From assembly GCF_009914755.1 (NCBI RefSeq), contig NC_060934.1: a stretch of DNA of 64,000 nt; one strand, given 5' to 3'. The DNA comes from the human T2T-CHM13v2.0 reference genome, Homo sapiens. Under the pieces are notes generated by a model. That model made no database searches, was not told the origin of the DNA, and saw only the letters and a list, made by a program, of their open reading frames with translations. The position numbers were made by a program, and so were the translations under genes. Below are positions 57,606-64,000 of the stretch, one piece after another; position 1 is the first letter of the stretch; each line of letters begins with the position of its first letter.

Positions 57606-60600
57606 TTAAAAACAACGACAGATGCTGAAAGGGATGAGTTTCTTATTTTCTAAATCTGGCCGCGTGCTTTTCCATTTTCCCCTGAACTCCCACCCACAGG
57701 CATGCCTGGTCTTTCCAGACACGGTTGATTGAACTGTCAACATTAAGCCAATGTTCTTTCTTGTTGGCATTTGCTTTAGGGGTGTTTTTGCTCTGATATT
57801 CCTTCTCTTTTGCTGTCCATGCTACTGTCTGAGGCTGTTCCCAATTAAGGATCCTTCCCCAACATGACTCAGTCAGGAAGCATCATTGGAGCTCTGCAAA
57901 TTAATCAGAACTTGCGGATTTTGCTTCAGCAACTCTGGCCTTTATATTGTGCATGCTAATGAGCAGAGGAATATAAGCAGAAAAAAAACCTATTGTTTTC
58001 CAGTCTCTGCAAAATGGATAACATGGAGCACAGCTAGTAAACACCATTTGCCCCTGGAATAAAACACCAGTGCTTGATCGTCCCAGCCTAGCCCATTGTC
58101 CGTAAGAATGACAATGCTTAAAGCAGCATCCAGAAGGGGTCTCCTGACCTCTGGGCTGCTGTTTGCCCCCACGCCCACCACAGTGAGTGGTGGAGCATTT
58201 AGTGAAGGCGGAGGGGTGCACACAGTGAGTGTGAAAGGCCATGCAGCGAGAGGGGGCCACATGATGAACCGGGGGTCCCCGCATTGAGGGGGTTTGTGCA
58301 GCAGGCATGCCAACCACCCGAGGCTGACCTCACAGAGAAAAACTTGGCTACCATGCCCCCTTCCTTCCCCAGGGTTTGCCCTCACACCTTCCAGGCCTGA
58401 AGGACATGAATCTGACCCATGTGGTGGCAGTTCCTGGGTCCCACATGTTCACTCTCCATCCTGCCTACCAGAAATGGACCTCAAGTGGCTGACCAGCAGG
58501 GTTAATCCTCACACGACATACTCAGAAATCCTCACTGCTGGGCCTCCAACAGCCCTGCCTCCTCATAGAACCTTCTCATGCTGTCCCAGAAGCCCCACCC
58601 TGCCACTCTCGTGGTCTGGCACCTCCGCAGCTTGGCCCCTGAGCCCAGGTTATAATCCCACACCCCGTCACTCTCTGAGACAGCTGGGAGCCTGGGCCCG
58701 TGCCCTTCACTCTCACCTCAGGACAATGGGCCCCTGCTGTCGGATGCCATTCGCCTCTTGGAGCTCACAGTCCCCAGCGGTCACTGGTATCCACCAGAGG
58801 GCCTTGTCAGAATCCAGGGCAAGCTCTGAGAGTCAAGGCCACTGACCCATTAGGCTGCCTGTCCCTTTGGAGAGGCTTGACTCCAGGACATCCTGCAGCC
58901 TGGCCCCAGGAGCCTGGGCTCTGGCTGAAGCTCTTGGGCTCCCTAAGCTGGGGTTGCTGCCCTGCTGTGCCCCATTCTCATCCTCGTCTCCTGCTCACTC
59001 CTTGCTCTTCTCCCCATCACCTGGTCTCAGCCTATCCTGCCTTAGACACAGTCAGCATTCTCAGGAATAACCGGTCTGTCCTGAGAGATCCCGCCCACCG
59101 AGAGACCCCACCCACTGAGAGAGAGACCCCACCCACTGACTGTGACACCAAGCTGGCTAGGCAGCAGGTTCTGTCAGGCGATTCCTGGTGGCCTGGGAAT
59201 AGCCTCTATTTATCTTCACTCTGCCAGCTGTGGTTTCAGGGTTCAAGGGACCTGGGGGGTTTCAGACCCTGATGGGGAACCAGGCACAGGTCCTGTCCCT
59301 CCATGTCCTGGTACTCAATACATACCCACAACAGTCCCACATAACCAAGCATCAGAAACACCAAAAGGATCTGCTGCCATCTTATGAACCTATTTCACTG
59401 CCGTGTTGAAGGCCTTCCAACCACCAGCTTCTTCCTTGGTAGCAGAAGACACAGCAGGAGGTAAATTCCATGGACTTCCTTCAGCAAAGCCACCTTTATT
59501 TATATCATTTATACACTCTAAGTGAGAGACGGACAGATGGACAGATAGCCCACCAGATGGACAGGCAGACATATATAGATCATGTACCAGCTCAATAAAG
59601 CAACAATAATTGCTATTCAAAACATTTCTTCCAGAAAAAGAGCACGACTCCTATGCACGTGAGTATTTTAATTCAAAAAAGGAAGTACCTGACTAAAATT
59701 ACATATCCATCAAAATTGCTTTTCTGTCGACAGACAGAAGCTCTGTCACATCCTCTTGCCAAGATACATAAGGGGTGAAAAGAAAGTGCCCCCAAGTGAG
59801 GTGTTTCATGGGTGCACGTCTAATAGCAACTGAAAAGTGCAATGCCTGCCCTCTCACGGGCTGAGTTTCCCGCCGCCAGCAGTGCTGGCAGCTGCCACAT
59901 CTAACAGCCATTCTTGTCCACTCCTGTGATGGTGTCACGGCAAAGCCAGAAACTTCACCCCCTCCACCCACAGCACAGATGATGACTTTGGTGGGGGAGC
60001 CCAGATAAACACACACGAACTTGGCCTGCTCGCAAACGTAGTCTTACAGGAACCCAATGCTCTGACACTGGGATTTTTTGTCCTTATTAGAAGATGCTAT
60101 TTTTAGAGCCATTAATTTTGGTTTGGAAGCCTTCTCCATTGCCCATGCCACTTACAAAGAAGCTAGAGATTCCACACAGAGAAAACACAATGTCCTTGAA
60201 AGGCAAAGACAGAGTTACTGATCCGCCTGGGTTAGTGAGGGCCCTTTGGTTTTAAGAAACCTACCACAGCCAACTTAGACAGGAAGGGAAATCCCTAGAG
60301 AAATGAGAGGGATGGCAGAAAGTGAGAAGGACAGAGGCGGGACACAGGACACGTGCAGGTGGAAAGGCACAGAGCTCCCGTCATCTAGGAAGCAGAACAG
60401 TGGATTCCAATGACACTGTCCACCTCCTATCACACCTCTGAGTTTCCACTCAACCTCACGCATGCCTCCAGAGAGGGCCTGACTCACCTGGTCCCCTGGC
60501 TGCCCACTGGGATCAGGGTGCTGTTAGCAAAACAAGGGGACGCCAAATTCACAACCGACACGGGGCACGGGACGGGCACCTGCAGCTACTGCCCAGAGCT

Positions 60601-61143
60601 GAGGGTGAACACAGCTCAGGCAGGCTCGCCCAGCTTCTGAGTTATGGGTTCTTCCAACTGCCTCCTCCTGGCCAACCCCAGGAGGGGCAACACCTCCATC
60701 TCTGCTTCTTCTCTCCCTTCCTTTCCTGGGATTTTTGCTCCTGACTCCATTCATTCACAGTGGCCCTGGTCACTTTGTGGCCCTTTGGGACTCCTCAGCC
60801 TCTTCTCCGTTTTTCTGTACTGGGCCCCACAATTTCTCCCTCTCAGCCACTCCTCCACCCCCACACCACACACAGCCCTGGTTTCCATCACACAATGTTC
60901 TGCTCTTTCTCTTCCCTCTCGGTCCAGACCTTCCTTCCTTGTTTGGACTTTTCTTTCCACCTTCCCCAGGGCAGTCTTTCCTGGCTGCAGCACGGGCTCA
61001 TCACCCTCAGACTGATTCCCTAAGAGAGCCCCTCCCCTTCCCTTTAACAATCCACCTTCTGAGCCCACACTTCAGCTATGAGGTGTCACAGGCACCGTCT
61101 ATGCCACTCAGCGTCCAATCACACGCACAAAGTTTAAATTCAG

Positions 61144-61686
<543 letters not shown>

Positions 61687-62382
61687 TCAGTCAGGCACAC
61701 AGCAGTAATGTCAGCTTCACTTGGAAAGTTCTTATTTAATCAATCTTCCATTCTTTATTTTTCCCTTTGATAGCCTCCTCTCCTTCCTTCCATCCCACGT
61801 CTGCCTCACTCTGACTTCACCCTATTTTCTATGAGCATCAGGGCAATTCACAAATGCTACTGCAACCCAGCCTAACACACGGCGCCATGCCCCGCAGTAG
61901 GCATCCTGCAGGCTCAGATAAAACTACACACTGAGCCAGCTGGGAGTTACCCACCTTCCCCAAATCCCATTTTAAAACATTTTTTAAGTTAAAAAGAAGT
62001 TTAAGCATAAAGTAGTCTAAGCACAAGCCCACTATCCCACATCCCTTTATGCAAAGATCAACAAGGCAAAAATCCCATGTCAGAATCAAGCATCCCAGGA
62101 AAAGTTCCCAAGCCCATCTTAAAGACATATTGAACATCTGACACAGGAATCTCCACATTTAGAAAAAGGCAGGATTTTCCTATGCTAAAGAATGAGAAAG
62201 TAAGGGACTAGAAAATAAAAGACAGGAAAATTATCTTTTGCTTTAAAGATCTAAATTAATTCGAAATACATAATATTGAAATACTCATGCTTAATATTTC
62301 ACTCTGAAGAATTTCAGAATATTTCAACCTGATTCATTTTTCTTCTTTTCTTTCTACCTTCAGAGCGTCATCCTAGAGATTT

Positions 62383-62691
62383 CTTTCTTTTTTTTTTTTT
62401 TTTTTTTTTGAGAAGGAGTTTCACTCTTGTCACCCAGGCTGCAGTGCAATGGTGCGATTTTGCTCACCGCAACCTCCACCTCCCAGGTTCAAGCAATTCT
62501 CCTGCTTCAGCCTCCCAAGTAGCTGGGATTATAGGCGCCTGCAACCATGCCCGGCTAATTTTTGTATTTTTAGTAGAGACAGAGTTTCACGATGCTGGCC
62601 AAGCTGGTCTCAAACTCCTGACCTCAGGTGATCTGCCCGCCTTGGCCTCCCAAAGTGCTGGGATTACAGGCATGAGCCACTGCGCCCGGCC
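62383..62691 (-). mobile_element. AluS
   Basis: Full dimer; perfect 14-bp TSD CATCCTAGAGATTT. Confidence 0.93.
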
Positions 62692-64000
62692 CATCCTAGA
62701 GATTTTTGACAGGTCTACTCAATGTCCAAAATGAATAAAGTGACCTGCTCCTCCCCCTTGGGTTCTCCTGCTAAGGGGAACAATACTACAGTGGGGAGAA
62801 AATTATGCAGGATGAGGAAACCACTTGCAAAGCATGCGAGCCACGTAAGAGAGAGGAGGTCTGGGGAATCTTAAACCTGCAGAATGGTCTGGAGGCCTCA
62901 GAGCCACAGGGGCTAGGGTAAAACATTTGAAAACATCTGCAGTTCCTAGGCCTTCAGAGGCCTTGAAAAGTGGATGAGACCTCTGTCAGCCCCACCCTGG
63001 GCTGGCAAGGACCGAAGGGAGCACAGTGCAAACAAGTCACCAGAAACCAGCAGCTCCCACTCCCTTAGGCCAGTGCCCAAGGCTGCTCTTGGTCCCTGAA
63101 GTGACATCATTGTCAGCACTTCAGTCTCTGGGCTGCACCCTGGCCTTTGGACCCCAGCCACCATGGGGAACTGCTGCTAACACCGTAACCCCTAGGCAGC
63201 TTCTCTGAGGCAATCAGCAGCCAGACAAGATCCACAGCATGAATGAACCGGCGTCCAGGAAACCTCCATGTCTTCAAAACCAGAAATCTCAAAAGAAAGG
63301 CAGAGACGGCAGAAAGGAGACAAGTACTGTCTCGCAGCCACAGTCCCGGGCTTGTCTAGGACCTGCCAGGAGATGACCAAGAGTGATCATCAGAGTACAC
63401 AAGATTTTGCAGCAGCAACCTGTGCATTCTAAGGGCTGAAGGAAAAGAAATTGGGATCTGGAAGCCACTACCAGCTAAGTTATAGTCAATAATCACGGTA
63501 ATTGTCACGGTAACTAAGGGCTTTTTAAGACACAAGAGTATTTGGAAAATGTACCCTACTCCCAACATAACCATAGGCCTTTACTGAAAGAACAGCTAGA
63601 ATCACGTGCCCAGAAACATAGACACAAAGGCAAGCAGACACGTGACCGGCAGGTGCAGCAGACACTGAGGACTGCATGGCACTTCCCGCAAATAAGCCCA
63701 GAGGACTCTGCCAGCCAAAGAACTCCAAAAGCATGGCAAAGTTAGAATGAGAGGTTAGAACTCCATCGACTTTAAATTCTCAAAGAAATATCTGGTTCTG
63801 GTCCAAGGACCTGTCAATCACAATACCACTTCCAAGGACTAGGACTTTTCCCCATCCTTCAGAAAACATTACCGAGAAAGACAGGAGTGTTGCATAGGTG
63901 ACTAAGAAAAACGGAGGAGAAGCAAGGTTTCAAAGCTTAATTTAAATATCTGTAATCAGAGATTTTAAAAAAATCTTTGTTGGAACTGTAACATATTTGT

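Noticed and set aside
59082-59140. Short GAGAGACCCCACCCACTGA repeats
   Set aside because: Only 2-3 short imperfect copies; ordinary slippage.

Overview
Primate, most likely human, genomic DNA lying inside the CPXM2 gene (carboxypeptidase X2, M14 family), which is transcribed on the minus strand. Two coding exons of its discoidin (F5/8 type C) domain are present: 57477-57586 (110 bp) and 37211-37350 (140 bp). Both have canonical AG/GT borders and splice together in frame. The rest is intronic and repeat-rich. It holds a two-LTR HERV-L provirus (8966-15098, MLT2A-type LTRs, perfect GGTGC TSD, antisense to the gene), old L1/HAL1/L2/MIR fragments, MaLR LTRs, MER1/MER20/MER44/MER96B DNA transposons and about 14 Alu-derived inserts. 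The most unusual structures are a ~180-bp-arm inverted duplication around an AT-rich loop (48882-49703), an 18-bp perfect VNTR next to a 71-bp hairpin-forming minisatellite (52406-52951), an AT-rich palindrome, a long G-run cluster and a 129-bp tandem duplication. No new multi-gene system is evident. Repeat family names come from recalled consensus sequences and were not searched; boundaries of old repeats are approximate.
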